Part shown: piece by piece, positions 44,458 to 60,400 of the stretch
How the letters are laid out: the number at the start of each line of letters is the position of its first letter
Numbering within the stretch: position 1 is the first letter of the stretch
Source of the DNA: Eledone cirrhosa
Lineage: Eukaryota
Direction: 5' to 3'
DNA: 64,000 nt
Assembly (NCBI GenBank): GCA_964016885.1
Contig: OZ024751.1
Coordinates: 33,294,001 to 33,358,000 of the forward strand
The notes under the pieces: generated by a model
Told to the model about the DNA's origin: nothing
Seen by the model: the letters and a program-made list of their open reading frames with translations, nothing else
The model's database searches: none
Program-made: the position numbers and the translations under genes

Positions 44458-44725
44458 TGTACTATGTTGTCTAATAGAACTGGTGTGATATGTAGGGGTA
44501 ATCACTGTACTATGTTGTCTAATAGAACTGGTATGATATGTCTGGGTAAGCCCTGTATTATGTTGTCTAATAGAACTGGTATGATATGTAGGGGTAATCA
44601 CTGTACTATGTTGTCTAATAGAATTGGTATGATATGTAGGGGTAAGCCCTGTACTATGTTGTCTAATAGAACTGGTATGATATGTAGGGGTAATCACTGT
44701 ACTATGTTGTCTAATAGAACTGGTA
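44458..44725. repeat. Minisatellite, 48-bp unit, ~5.5 copies
   Basis: tgtactatgttgtctaatagaactggtatgatatgtaggggtaatcac and variants. Confidence 0.93.
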
Positions 44726-46520
44726 TATATAGAGGTTTCCCTTGTACTATATAGGGAAATAATCTGACTGATATGATGCGCTATCCTTTTTTATCCTGCA
44801 CAATCTGTGCGTGCATGTGTGCGTGTGTGCTTGCATGTGTGTGCGTCCATATGTATGTGTGTGTATGTGTGTGCTGGCGTACATATGTATATGTGTGTGC
44901 TGGTGTGCATGTGTATATGTGTGGGTGCGCTATAAATTTCAGGGCCAACAGTCGGACATACGAACAGATATCTACTGTAAATTACTCTAGTTTCTGTTAA
45001 TGTTAAATATTTCTTGCTGTGTTCTTTCTAGAAATATTGCCTCTTTACTTGAATTATATACGCACCCAATAAGTAGATTTAACTATATATCTCTCTATCT
45101 AGCCATATATACGCACGCCTGTGTGTGTGTGTGCCTGTATGTGTGTATGTGTATGTATGTATGTGTGTATGAGTGTATGAGTGTGTGTATGTGTGGTTAT
45201 GGGTATGTGTGTGTATTTCTGGTTATGGGTGTATGTGTGTATTTGTGGTTATGGGTTTGTTGTGGTTATGGGTATGTGTGTGTGTATGTGTGTGTGGTTA
45301 TGGGTGTGGATAAACGTCTTTTACATGTGAATAAAAGAACCACGAATGAATAGTGTATGTTTTTAAAGCTTGAATTAGCTAGATTCTTAACCTTAACGAA
45401 AGAAAAAACGCTGAGCCTGGCAATGCAGTAAACTGGAAAAAAGGAAAAAAACTAACATTGCTTTAGTTGAGCTGGTGGTACTATAACTCTTTACCGGTTT
45501 ATGTAAAGAATGAACATCAATTACCATATCATAAATACGGTTCTTGCAATCGTAAAGATTGATCGTAATAAAGAGCTGATATAAGCAGAGAAAGAAAACT
45601 GAAACGGTATTAGAGATAATACATCTGAATGTTTACTGATAAAATTTTATTTTTCTTGTTGTATACAAAGCTATGGCTAATCCATGTTTTTCATGAATTC
45701 TTCTTCAATGCTAGACGAGATGAAAAAGATCAAAGTTCAAAAACGTACCCTTAGTTTCGTTTCGTTTAGTTTCGTTTCGGGTTTTTTTTTATTTTTTAAG
45801 AATGAGGAGAACAACTAAATCATAGAAAATCCTCTTTTCATGTAGCTCCTACTTGTATAGCACATGATTATATATAAGTGTGTGTGAGGGAGGAAGTATG
45901 TATGTGTGTGTGTATATATCTGTGTGTGTGTGTGTATGTCTCTGTGTGCGTATGTATATGTGTGTATGTGGGTGTGTGGGGGGACTGTGTGTGTGTCTGT
46001 GTGTATATGTTTCTGTGTCAGTGTGTATCTCTGTGTGTATGTGTAAGCCTATTGCGTATCTTTGTGCGTGTGTCTGCGTGAGGCTCTGTGTGTGTGTGTG
46101 TGTCTGCGTGTCTCTGGGGCTCGGTGTATGTCTGTGTCTGTATATCAGTGTGCGTATGTGTGCGTGTGTCAGTGTGCGTCTGTGTGTGTGTCAGTGTGCA
46201 TCTGTGTGTGTCAGTGTGCATCTGTGTGTGTATGTGTGTATGTATGTGTGTATGTGTGGTACAATGTCACACATTGTAGATGTATTCCCTGCTAGTCTTG
46301 GATCATTACATTCTGTGCGCCTCATTGGTGCCAGTTAAACAATTTGATTGTTGCTTTTCTCCTCTGAATTAGTGGTGGTGAATAGCACACACACACATAC
46401 ACACACATACACACATACACACACACACAGATACACACATACACACACACACACACATACACACTCACTCACACATACATGAAACACACACACACTCACA
46501 CACACACACATACCTACATA

Positions 46521-46569
<49 letters not shown>

Positions 46570-46826
46570 TCACTCACTCACACATACATACATACACACA
46601 CTCACTCACACATACATACACACACTCACTCACACATACATACACACACTCACACACACATACATACACACACTTACTCATACATCAAACACACACTCAC
46701 ACACACACATACATACACACACTCACTCACACATACATCAAACACACACACATACATACATACACACATACATACACTCACACACACACACACATACATA
46801 CACACACTTACTCACACATACATCAA

Positions 46827-46857
<31 letters not shown>

Positions 46858-47192
46858 TCAAACACACACACACACACATACATACATACATACATACATT
46901 CACACACACACACACATACATACTCACACTCACTCACACATACATCAAACACACACACACTCACACACACATACATACACACATATATCAAACACACACA
47001 CATACTCAGACACACACACACTCACACAGACACGCACACCACACATAAACAGTCACACACACACACACGTACACATGTGCGTGTGTAGTATGTGTTTCTT
47101 AGCGCGCGTCTCTGTACATAAACATATAAATGCATATAAAACATTCGTGCATTCATACATTATATACATATACATATATATATGTACATGTA

Positions 47193-47227
<35 letters not shown>

Positions 47228-47237
47228 ATGTGTGTGC

Positions 47238-47269
<32 letters not shown>

Positions 47270-47329
47270 GTGTGTGTATATATATATATATATATATACA
47301 TATATACATATATATATATATACATATAC

Positions 47330-47385
<56 letters not shown>

Positions 47386-47390
47386 ATATA

Positions 47391-47423
<33 letters not shown>

Positions 47424-48038
47424 ATACACATATATATATACACATATATAGAAATATATATATATACACACACATATACACACTATATATATATATATAT
47501 CGGCATACGTAGACATATATATTTCTTTTGCGCTACGATTGCATTGCTTTACGTGAAGGGAAGTGCTTATCTAAAGCTGAAGGCCAGTTTGCTTTAGTTT
47601 TTACATGATACATGACGTGGGTTGAATCATTGTATATAGTATGCAATGATTAGTCTCTATTTCAATATGAGAATACTAGCAATGTGGTTTTAGCTTCTCC
47701 AATAACTTCGTAGCATGTTTCTTTACGTCAGGAATGAACAATAGCTGACTATCCAGTACACTATAGAAGCAGTTGCTTTAATAGCTAATTATGCACTATT
47801 CATACCCTAGAAACGAATAGTAATCCACAATGCTAGGGTTGTAGGAAAATGTCGTTAAATATCATACTTAAAACTCTAGTTACGTAGACGACTGCAACAC
47901 AAAAACAAGAACAAAAACTAAAAGTAAAAGAAAAAGAAAAAGACGATTACATCAAGATTCTTCCACGGTCTCTCTCTCTCTCACTTTCTCTCTCTCTCTC
48001 CTCCTCTCTCTCTTCTTCTTCACTCTCACTCTCTCTCT

Positions 48039-48114
<76 letters not shown>

Positions 48115-49471
48115 TCTTCTTCTTCACCCTCTCTCTTTGTACACACATATATATATATATAATTATAAACAGTGTCTTGTAAACAAACGAAAGAAGTATA
48201 TTTAGATAATTAGCATGGACAACACTTCTGGCAGTATCGTTTATTAATTCTTATGTATCTGGAGTTAGGTTCTTTTTATGTAGAAAAACAGACGAAAAAA
48301 CGGAATATTTCTTGTTTGTGTCTAAGGAAACGTCTTACCTGTTGGTTTGGATTACCTTTTGGCGGATGTTAAATAAGGTTTCAAACATTATGTCTGTATC
48401 AGTGTGTATGCAGACTTGTTAACTCTCCCCGTCCGACAGGGAGATTACCCACACACTTTGAGGTGGGTGAGGGATATATTCTCTTGAGAAAATGGGTATA
48501 GCTTTAATTATGTAAACTCTCCCCCATCTTGCCTTATTTCTACCCGTTTGGGGACACTTCTTTTTCCTGGTACTCTCCGTTTGGGTTTTTAGAGGTTGGC
48601 AGGTCTTGTTTGTGTCTATTTTGGTGCGTGTATATATGAATGTGTGTTGTGAGACGGGTGGTAGAATTGGGGAAGAGGGAGGCCATCCACCCCTTCCATA
48701 ATTATATTTTTCTCCCGAAACTAACAAAACACATCTATTTGCATATACGCTACAATTTATGTACATGTTATGTTTATCGCATATCGAAGTTTTCTGACCA
48801 TTTTAGATTGCAAAGAGCTAAACTAATCACTAAATTGTCCAAATTTGGCCTCCCCAATTCAGAAACGTTTCCTCTGTGTGAATGTGTGTGTGAGTATGTG
48901 TGTGGGTGTGTGTGGGTGTCTGCTGGTTACAAATAGTTTACACTTTCAATAAACTACTTTAGTCATTTAAACAACAGTTGTTTAATGTCTACAGTTTCCT
49001 GGCAGACGATTTAAAATTATCTAGAAAATTTGAAGAGTCTGACAGATATTTTAAACTTTAAACCTCACAGAAAACCTAGCATTCGGTGAGATTTAAACGA
49101 TACACTTAATCAAATTCGTGTCAAAGATACAGCAACCTATAATATTCAGAAGGCAATATAAGAAACCAAATATTGTTTTCCTCGAAGGAGAGTGCTTAAC
49201 GTAGTTTTATAAAGTTACGTTCCCAACTGAATCACCATAAAGATATGAATTTGATATAGGAGAATACTCCAGAGGATTCAACGTACTGGCGAACTTAAAT
49301 ATCTATCTGCAAAGAACTGGAGTCATTAATTTGAAACTAATATCAGTAAGATAATAACCCTTACAATATATCGTATGTTTGCGTGTGAGAGCAACAGAGA
49401 GAGGGGTGGAAAGACAGAGCGGAGAGGGAGACAGAGAGGGAAAGAGGAGAGGGCGAGAGAGAGAGAGAGAC

Positions 49472-49527
<56 letters not shown>

Positions 49528-49895
49528 AAAAAGCTGTAGCTATCCAAAGATATATATCGCTTGACATGTCAAGCCAGCATCCTTATATAATTGACTAAAG
49601 TAATTTATCTCAAGCAATATATTTGGTGTTTAAACAGCAAAATAAATCTGACTGTCTCTTATATAAAACTAAAAAGAAATAATTCAAGAAAAAAAGTTAA
49701 AAGGGATGAGAAAAAATATTTAAAAATAAAAAAACTAAAAGAAAGTGAAAGGCCCAAATTATGTCAACTGTCAAAATTGGAGTTTTCAAGCAAGTTTCAA
49801 AGCTAAGAATATTAAACACAGGGTATAGTGTAAATATTAATATAGCTAAGGAATTTCAACTTTACTAATGTATTTCTTCTCCTTTCTCCCCTCTT

Positions 49896-49972
<77 letters not shown>

Positions 49973-50042
49973 TTGTGTCTGCATATATATGACATGTATG
50001 TACATGTATATATACATATATATTATGTGACATACTTATATA

Positions 50043-50105
<63 letters not shown>

Positions 50106-52489
50106 ACATAGCCCACATAGGAGTGTTAAAGAAAGTAGTTTATGTAGAGAAAGTATTAAATTTCCCTATTTATTCCACGGCATTGCTTTTATTGCTGGAA
50201 GGTGATCTAGCTTTTAACAAGAAATGATCGTGAAATTAATTCGATTAATATATCTACATTTACAAGCATACATATATTTTATATACACACACGTGTGTTG
50301 GTTTATGTGTGAATGTGCGAGTGTGTGTGTATCGATATATATGTACATTAATACACACAGACATACACATGTGTGAGGCTATTTATATAGATGTTTATAT
50401 ATTTACATATATTGCTATATATATATGTTGGTGTGTGGATATATATAAAATTATATTACTACAACCGTCATTTGCGATCGAGTAAGACTTTGTAGTAAAT
50501 GATTTCACTATGTGGCGAGCAGACAGAGACAACTTCTCACCTTCTCAAGCTTATCTCCCTTTATCCAGTAGAATATACCAGGATGTGACACTATCCGGGT
50601 TTTTAGAGAGATATATTGAACTTCTTTCCCATATTCCCCCCCCCCCCTTCCACTTCAAACAATACCCAATAGTTTCCCTATTGTTTCAATTGCCTTGAGA
50701 TGGTGTTTCTCCTAGTTTAACTATAAATACTTCTGTAAGGTTAGAGTTGAAGTTAGGGTTAAGTGAATGGATGTGGTTAGGGTTAGGTTTCTACATCAAG
50801 AATTACTACATTTATTTCTCAGAAAGGATATTCTAATAAAACTGTTAAAACTACTTAACATATATGACGTAAGGTGACCCCAGAAATATGAATAATTAAA
50901 CTTGCTGGAATTGACATGCAAATGATTTAAGACATGTTAGGTAGCAACTGTGTATATCTGTGTATGTATGTGTGTATATATGTTTATATGTGTATGTATG
51001 TGTGTCAATTCTATTCAGGAAGAAGTAACTCCGTATAAAGCTGACCGGGAGAAATTTTAGCTGTGTCCCTTTGTGTTGTAGGTTGTCTGTTGAAGTCCTG
51101 CTGTGTTATGTTGGCGGTTAATTCATGTCTCTGAACTCTGTAAGATATTTACCACTATTTGGGGATTGATTTCCTAGACTATACTCCATGTACAAACTTT
51201 GTAACCCGGTGCCAATGTCTGTAATTAATATGTGGGAATTATGTTCACTCGAGTGTTTGTGATTGATAGGTGTAACTTGTTACTTTAATTAAAAATTAGA
51301 TGAAATTTAGTAACATTGGAAATAGAGGCCAAGTGAAACATCTTCCTATAGTTTATTCTAAAACTGTTTTGATCTGTTTATAAATAGTTTTGACATAACT
51401 ATATATATATATATAGTATGATGTGTCTGAAACTCGTGATTTCATATTACTAAGTGCTATAATACATTATGAATATGGTGTAATACCTTATTCAGCAAGT
51501 TAAGCTTCCTAATTAAATCTATAGTTACAGGAAAATAGTTAATTATTTATAGAAATCATCAATAAAACTATATTATCATTTTTTTATAAACATCAAAGTC
51601 CCATAATTAAAAGGGTGGAGCGCTTAAAATTGGATGATCATCCATTTATACATTTATACAATCGCATTCGTGTATTAATTATTTTCACTGATTTCATGCA
51701 TTCTTGAACAGTAATCTTCTTCAACATATGAGCTGGTTTAACATGTTAATCAGTGGCTCATCGTGAAAATATGATGTAAATGATACTTTTTTCAAGAGGA
51801 TCTCAAAACTGGCAAGCAGAACTTGTTTGAGGAGAACTTAAAAGATAATCGTCATTCTAGTTGTAAAGAACATACGTCTATAGTAATATGATGACAGAAC
51901 TAATTTTTCACAGAATCAAACATATAATGTTGCATGCAGCATAGGATTCCTACTCCTGTATATTTTATTGCCTATAAGCAAGTAAATATACGAGAAATTC
52001 GTGAAGGCACGTGTTTTTTATGTCTTTCTTTCAACATAATGCATTTTTATTTTGTCTTCAAGTGAACACTGTTATATATAAACACCAAACGACATTTTCA
52101 TAAGAAAAGAGTATTTTTTCATAAGTATTGAGATGTGTGATAATAACACAGTGACGAGATAACAATGGGACTAATGAAGCCCGATTGGTATGAAATCCTA
52201 TATATTACTGGAAATAAAATAACTGCAAAAGAAAAAATAGGGTTCCGTAAAGGCATTTTCAGAAAAATACTATTGAATGAGAAACATTTTCAGTAAAAGC
52301 GAGATTGTGTATGTTCAAAATTCTATGAATGGCCGTCAACAATGCAGCAAATGATGACAGAGTGAAATAAGAAAATTAACATGGAGAAGAATAACTTATT
52401 CTTCGATCATAATACAAAAATGTTGTACTGTAATGTTCTTACATGAAATATTTTGATTAATATTTCCAAGCAGTATGTAAGCAATAGAC

Positions 52490-52650
52490 AGAGAATTGGT
52501 AGAGTCTTTAGAATGGCGGACAGAATACTTCGCGGTATCTTTTACGGATCTTTGATCTCAGAGTTCAAATCCCGCCGAGGTCAATTTTACTTTTCATTCT
52601 TTCGAGCTTTCGAGGTTGGCAAAGATATACCAGTCTAGTACTGGGGTAGA
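52490..52650 (+). mobile_element. SINE-like repeat copy
   Basis: cagagttcaaatcccgccgaggtcaattttacttttcattc...taccagtctagtactggggt; same family, opposite orientation. Confidence 0.7.
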
Positions 52651-53155
52651 TTCTTCCTTTTTATCTTTTCTTCACCTCTCTCTCTCTCTCTCTCAGAAAT
52701 AATCTGTGTTCAGACCTGGAGATGAGATGGGTTCCACCAAGAAACGTTGTATGACACTATGGCGCCCCCCACGACTCCACCAGGAGCTGAGAGTACATAC
52801 ATCCTTGTAATCTATAATAACACCTACATGGTATAATATGCTACACGGTTTCATTTCCCACTTAATTTCAACCCCCCTTAATTTCTATTTCAATAGATAT
52901 ATATGCAGCCATTGAAATATTTGGCCTGGTACAATGTGGTACGAGGTTTCAATTCCCATGTGAATATATTTCCATTTAAATTACATTCTATTGACATTCC
53001 ACAACGATAAACAATTATGACATCCATTAATTATCATTAAGTTTACGCAATAGATATTGGACTGCGCTAATATGACTAATCAAAACCACGAGAAACTTCC
53101 CTACATCACAACATTAAATTCACTTTCTCTCTCTCTCTCTGTATATATATGTGTA

Positions 53156-53252
<97 letters not shown>

Positions 53253-53583
53253 TGATTTGAGTTCATTTGAAGTTATATTAAATAGCTTTGGACTCGATGT
53301 AATCCAGTTTATTTAATTTATTGTATTACTCCATTGTATTACACACTTTTGCACTAAATCTAATGTTGTTGTACTTGAGTAATATTCACTGCGAAAGGCT
53401 GGAGCACGCTGTGAGGTTTTACACAAAATGGAACATTTAAATTTACGACACTTCAGCTGAGTTTATGTTGCATATCGGTTCTGGTTTGTGATAGCCACAT
53501 CCGAAGCGTTTATATAAGCCGCTGAACTTCAAACAAAGTTCAACTTTCCGGTTGATGACAACGATATTTATGCATAAGTACAG

Positions 53584-53704
<121 letters not shown>

Positions 53705-54171
53705 ATGTGTGTGTGTATCTGTACCTGTGTGTAGATATCCATGCGTGTATGTGAATGTGCGTTCGCCAAACTACTTTATTTTCGACTAAATGTATGTATA
53801 ATTATTTTAATATGTATGCCTTGGTTCGGTTATTCAATCGTATATATTATATTATATAGCGCTTTATCTGTTTTAATTCTGTATAATATATTCAAATATA
53901 TTATAAATAAGCTCCATTGTTATCTCAAAAATCGAAGGCTAGCAATAAAAATCGCATTAGAAATTCGATAATAGAACACACGATTAAAGGCAGATTAGCT
54001 TCATTGATATTATATTGGAGTTGTGAAACATAATTATCGATATAGTTACTGTAATTATTGTCCAACTTAGATATACTGCATGATGTCCACCATGAGCTGA
54101 ATGTAGGACAAAACGTTGAATAACCGTCTTTATAGGAACCTCGTAACCCTATCAAGCCGGGACTTCTCTTG

Positions 54172-54220
<49 letters not shown>

Positions 54221-55849
54221 ATGTGTTTGTGTGTGTGTGTGTGTGTCTGTGTGTTTGTTTTTTTAGTTAAGAGAACACTCTTTCTACAGAATATATAGAG
54301 ACGATGGAATAAATATTCCTAACGAGTGAATTGACATTAGTTCTAAAGAAATAAGGAACCATCTTTATACTTTTATTGATTCTAAAGGAAAGTCCGTTGA
54401 AGCAGCGGCGAGAATTGAGCTCAAAATATAGATACCAGAAAATCTTAGACTGTTACACATTTATAAAGGCTTTCTAAAGTCTGACTTATGTATATTTATT
54501 TTATCTAGCTTTTACATACTTTAACAAATACGCCGGGTTGAAATTTAACAAGATGTGAATACAAAAGCCTGTTAAGTAAAACTGAACACCACAACATATT
54601 TAGTTGAAAGCTCTACTACCCCAGTCACGTGTACCACATTCCACGACTTTTTGTAAAAATCTTAATAGGAAATAAAAAAAAAACCAGCGAATATGAAGTT
54701 CATATTCCTAAGTGCAAAACCTAATTTCTCTACAAGCAATACAACTTCAGAACTGTGAGACATCTAGTACACAGACAGAGAAATATGAAACTATAGACGT
54801 GAAACGAACTACAAATGACGTTTATATTATAGCTATGAAGGAAATGCCAATGGTGTCGCTGAAAGAAAAAATATGCGTATGGAGAATAAAATAAGATCGC
54901 TTCCGGTGTCCTAGTTAATACACTAAACCTTCTCTGGAAACAGGGTAGCGTTAATATATAGAAACTAGCCTACTAGAAATACCATATGTATATGAATATG
55001 TATTTAGATCCAACTTTGTTTATATCTATTATTTATTTTCAAGCTTTATCGGTATGAAGTTTCAAGTTTCAAACTGATAAACTGCTTGTGTTCTTTTTTC
55101 ATTTCAACTTTGATGTATATTTTATAAACTACAAATACGAAATGGAAGTTATAGAGATAAGAAATTGAAATATGTTTTGGTTCTTTTTTTTTTTTTTAAA
55201 TAATTTGTTCAACGCTTACATGAATTTAAAACATCACACATAAAATAATTAGAGTCGAACTAATATGAGAAAACCGAGGCTAATGCCCCATATTGTAACC
55301 TCATTCATTAACTACAGCGTCATAGCAACAAAGTGGAAATTAAGTTAATGGAAGAGCTTATGGTAGACTAGAAAAAGGTATTTACTTAAATATGAACACA
55401 TCACTAAGGTTCTATCTAGAGGATGTAGCTTCGCTCCACACACAAATGAGACGCTGATATAGATATGGAATCTAAATAATACATATCAGCAATCTAAGGT
55501 AGAATGATGAATATTCTAAGGTAGAAAGATATATATATATATATATATATTGAGAGAGGGGGGGGGGAGAGGGATTTAGTGTATTGTTTGTTCAGCTTTT
55601 ATTGGTTAAGTAAATCTGTGAAAATGTCTCGGTAAGTGTGTGTATAAGCATAACTACCAGGAAACTATACTACCAGTACTCCAATGATCCTTGCCGGGAC
55701 TATGTACACAACCCTAGATTGAACTTGAAACTATCTGCATTGTTCATTCTGTAGGTTCCTTATGTTGTATAGAAATACCATAATGATATTCATATTACTA
55801 CAGAATATATTAACATTTCTTTGTAGAATCTCCAGCTAAGGATCTCACT

Positions 55850-56420
55850 TAGATATGGTTTTACATCTATAGAGAGAGAGAAGATGATTCATAGTTTTTC
55901 CATAGATTTTGTAGTCATTGGTAGTTTTATTCCAACCGTGTTCATGGAGTCAGGACTAATGGCAAATGTAGTAGGAATACGAAATCTCCCTAAATAAATC
56001 CTACTTGTTATAAACATAGGACTGGTTTTATCACCTTCTTTTTATGTTGAGTTATTGATCTTTGACATTTTGACATGCCATGGTTCACATCCTTGTTTTA
56101 ATATTGCCAATGTTTTATGTATGTGCTGTGTCTCCAATATCTAGGATTATCGGATATTGTCAAAGGTTTTACGGTAATCATCCGTGTCATGGCTATGTTT
56201 TTGTTTCTGTTGTTGCAACCATCAATAACTGCTCAGTTTACCAATAACTATTCTGTATATCCATTCATCCCTTCATCACAACCTTTCTCTTCCTCTCGTA
56301 AGATTTCATTATTTTCCAGGTGATCAACCAACCTGTTCGATAGTGTAAACATCGGGGACTCTGGTGTGTTTTTTTGTTGTGGAGAATTAATATAGTTTTC
56401 CCCTCTAATACTCAATTGGG
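55850..56420 (-). pseudogene. Degraded R4/Dong-like (RLE-type) non-LTR RT fragment
   Basis: Manual translation gives EEKGCDEGMNGYTE*LLVN*AVIDGCNNRNKNIAM../DYRKTFDNI and later a IYLGD-like segment, resembling the QKGC..G..G..QLL / WIDYxKAFD / GIFQGD motifs. Stops and frameshifts are present, and it may extend to ~56950. Confidence 0.6.
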
Positions 56421-58069
56421 AATGGATTCTAGTCTCTGTTGTATTACATCCAGTACTGCTGTTACACGTTCACTTGTATTAGTTAAGTGTTTTTACCAGT
56501 AATTGGATACTTTATCAATTGTTGGAATCATCCTGTTATTAGCAAGCTTTCACAACTCTGTTAGTAACTTCCTTACAAAATACTATAGTACAATTATATT
56601 TGTATATATATTATCCCTCACTCTTATCAGCGATTATACATGTTTATAATGCTGTGCAGTTTCATTCCTTGTGTCATGTAGCTTTATAATCTTGTTGTTA
56701 CTGCTCTGTCTTTTAAGATCATGTTGCTTTTTATTTCCTTCTATATCACAGTCGTGAGTTTCTTCTGTTTAAAGATCATCTTAAAGTATTTACTAAACTT
56801 CTTGAGAGTACAAAAGAAACACACAAACTGGGAGGGGGAGCGTTCTTGGCATACAGTTATAGGTTATCTGAGATGGTTGGGGATGAGCTGTTTTCATTCC
56901 ATCCATGTAATATTTTGAATTGTATTTCTTTTTCCTACTTTAAAGGTAACAAACATAGGAAGAATGAGTACCAGAAGTATAAATTGCTGTGTAGCTGAAG
57001 TTAACGGCAATTGTGTTGTTGGGTGTCGTAAGAACTGCTTGTCACGTTTTCATTGTTGTTTTAATGAAGTCCAACATGGCGTCAACTTGATGTACTTTCA
57101 GCATTACTATTATTATTATTTTCATTATTATTATTATTAAGGTGACAATGACACAACTTGCGAAATATTATCCAATGTTTTATTGCATCTCTTTCGTGAA
57201 GTGTTTGCATTAAAGACGATATATGTCACTGGGTCACAATAAAACTGCCAAACTTCAATTTTAATATTGTACAATACAGGGCTGTATTTTTTCTAGTATA
57301 ATCTTTATTATACTGTAATTCAAAAACATCAACCAGAGTTGATTTGACATTTATGGATTTCAGCTAAATTTTGTTTTCTTTCGAATGAGCAAAGCAAATA
57401 TCGCTATTGTCTCATGAGAACAAATTTGAAGAATAAATCACTGAGATTCTTTTTAATTTGTTCGCTGCAAATATCAAGTTGTAAGAATGTGAGAGATTAA
57501 GAAGATTGAATAGAGTTTTTATTTATTATTTCACTGTCACATCATTAAAAAGATTGGGTCGTTGGATTTGCTTGGACGAAATCCTCATATAGCAAATTTG
57601 TATACAAAACAAAACAAAAATTAACTATATTTATTGATTTAAGTTTGAAATGAAATTATTTTTCTGCAGTTATTATTTTTTTTAAATAGGAGTTCGAATT
57701 TAATTTCCAAACTTTTCAAATTTTCTTATGATTCGATTCCCAGGTCCTTGTTTTTGGTTTCCTAGACGAGGAAAATTCTTTTTACGAATCTGAAATTTTA
57801 AATAAAAAAAGGAAAAAAATTAGTAAAGAATTGTAAAGGTTTGGAAGAAATAAAAATTAAGACATATTATCACTAGACTAGAAAATACCAAACGTAGAGA
57901 GATAGTATTGGTAATGGTTTACTTTGCGTGTTTAGTGTAGAAGGGAAAGTTGGCAGTAAAAGAGACTTTCTCTACAGAATTACTACTTAGTGAGTTACCA
58001 CCATTCAGATAGACAACGTAGAATATCGCGAGAGATCGTTTTATTTCCGTACCAAAAAAACTCACGATT

Positions 58070-58426
58070 TGTATATTGTGTGGTGGTATATTGTGTGGTG
58101 GTATATTGTGTGGTGGTATATTGTGTGGTGGTATATTGTGTGGTGGTATATTGTGTGGTGGTATATTGTGTGGTGGTATATTGTGTGGTGGTATATTGTG
58201 TGGTGGTATATTGTGTGGTGGTATATTTTGTGGTGGTATATTGTGTGGTGGTATATTGTGTGGTGGTATATTTTGTGGTGGTATATTGTGTGGTGGTATA
58301 TTGTGTGGTGGTATATTTTGTGGTGGTATATTTTGTGGTGGTATATTGTGTGGTGGTATATTGTGTGGTGGTATACTGTGTGGTGGTATATTGTGTGGTG
58401 GTATATTGTGTGGTGGTATATTGTGT
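58070..58426. repeat. Minisatellite, 15-bp unit, ~24 copies
   Basis: tattgtgtggtggta in tandem. Confidence 0.96.
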
Positions 58427-59080
58427 GAATCGAATGATGGTGTTGCAGGATTTGCTGGGCACGCCAGCCATGCCACATTCTGCTACCGATGTCGCTGTTG
58501 CTATCAACGTCGCTATGACGTTACGCAGGAACACCAGACAAATGTGTTATCTCATATGACATTACGCTGTGTTTTCTAGAAGTTCTGATTTCCTTTTCTA
58601 GCAGATTGAGGAACCACGTAGAGGATCGCACGTTTATACATCTGACTGTACATTGACTTATGTGGGAGAGAGAGAGAGAGAGAGAACAGGCGGCCGTGTG
58701 TGTTTGTATTTGACTGAAACGCAAGGAGGACGGGGAGATTCTTTCTTTCTCAATTTCCTCGTCTCCAATATCATAATTAATATTTTCTTACTGCTAATAG
58801 TACACTCAATTTAATATGATATTCAATTATACATTGTCGCGTCTTTATTTTTTTTATTTTCCTTTTTTTTTTTCTACTTCTTTCCCAGAAGTTTCCAGTG
58901 ACAACCGCTTGATTGAATTATACATCTTTCAGCTATCTACCTACCACTGTGCTAGTATCAATTTTCTCTTCAATCTCACCTTTACTGTCATATCATTCCA
59001 ACTAACATTTGCTACCAGTTTTTATTTGTTTTCTTATATATGTATATATACACACACACACACGTATATATGTATGTGTA

Positions 59081-59225
<145 letters not shown>

Positions 59226-59244
59226 AGTGTGTGTGTAATATAAC

Positions 59245-59415
59245 TGTTTCTACTTTAGGCACTAGGCCAGCAATCACCCAGTGCATTACTGGTACTTTAT
59301 TTTATCGACCCCGTAAGGATGAAAGGCAAAGTCAACCTCGGCGGGATTTGAACTCAGATCGTAAAGGGACGTAACTATGCTGGAAAGCATGGTGTCTGAC
59401 CCTCTACCGATACTG
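59245..59415 (-). mobile_element. tRNA-derived SINE-like repeat (octopus type)
   Basis: B-box-like gagttcaaatcccgccgaggttgactttgcctttcatcc on the minus strand; related copies occur elsewhere in the window. Confidence 0.75.
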
Positions 59416-59545
59416 TGTAATATAACGTTAGTTTTGAATGTTTGTGTGGGTGTTTTGCCTGTGTAAGTGTATATATACGTATATGTGTACGTATATGTGC
59501 GTATACGATGGCCTTAACAATGTATTTACTCACCGAGAGAGTGCA

Positions 59546-59642
<97 letters not shown>

Positions 59643-59657
59643 TGTATGTATATATAT

Positions 59658-59693
<36 letters not shown>

Positions 59694-59708
59694 GTTTTAA
59701 TATAGATG

Positions 59709-59759
59709 AGATTCTACAGGACTAGAACTGTTTCATTCTTTAGAAATCATCAGGAATCT
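59709..59759 (-). ncRNA. Type I hammerhead ribozyme motif (inverted copy)
   Basis: Exact reverse complement of 60350-60400. Confidence 0.78.
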
Positions 59760-60349
59760 GGGTATCAAAAAATAAATATGGTATTTATAGGTCTCTTCAT
59801 GTGGTAGGAGAGGGTAGGGAGTGGGTTGGGTAGAGGTCATTGGTTGATAGAAAAGGGAATTCATTAAAAGCTAATTCTTCAAAGCTATAGTTTATATTTA
59901 GAGTAACAAAGGCAGAAAGAATTCTATAAACAAGTTCAGAATGGGGTGCCACTCCTTATTTTTAAGTTTCTCTTAAGCTAACAATGCCTATATTTCAGGT
60001 ATCTATAAGATCATTGGGGGTCAGTCATGGTTGATGGATTTAAAGAAAAGGGAAATTCTTTAAAAGCTAATCCATCAACCATGACTGACCCCCAATGATC
60101 TTATAGACACCTGAAATATAGGCATTGTTAGCTTAAGAGAAACTTAAAAATAAGGAGTGGCACCCCATTCTGAACTTGTTTATAGAATTCTTTCTGCCTT
60201 TATTTCTCTAAATATAAACTATAGCTTTGAAGAATTAGCTTTTAATGAATTCCCTTTTCTATCAACCAATGACCTCTACCCAACCCACTCCCTACCCTCT
60301 CCTACCACATGAAAAGACCTATAAATACCATATTTATGTTTTGATACCC

Positions 60350-60400
60350 AGATTCCTGATGATTTCTAAAGAATGAAACAGTTCTAGTCCTGTAGAATCT
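60350..60400 (+). ncRNA. Type I hammerhead ribozyme motif
   Basis: AGAUUC-CUGAUGA-uUUC uaaa GAAu-GAAA-CAG uucuaguc CUG-UA-GAAUCU. All three stems are present, with a GUA cleavage triplet. Confidence 0.8.

Noticed and set aside
57919-58579. Mucin-like TQYTT, HNIPP and CGGIL repeat ORFs
   Set aside because: The 15-bp array is open in all six frames, and the signal-peptide-like frame starts at GTG with an in-frame stop just upstream.
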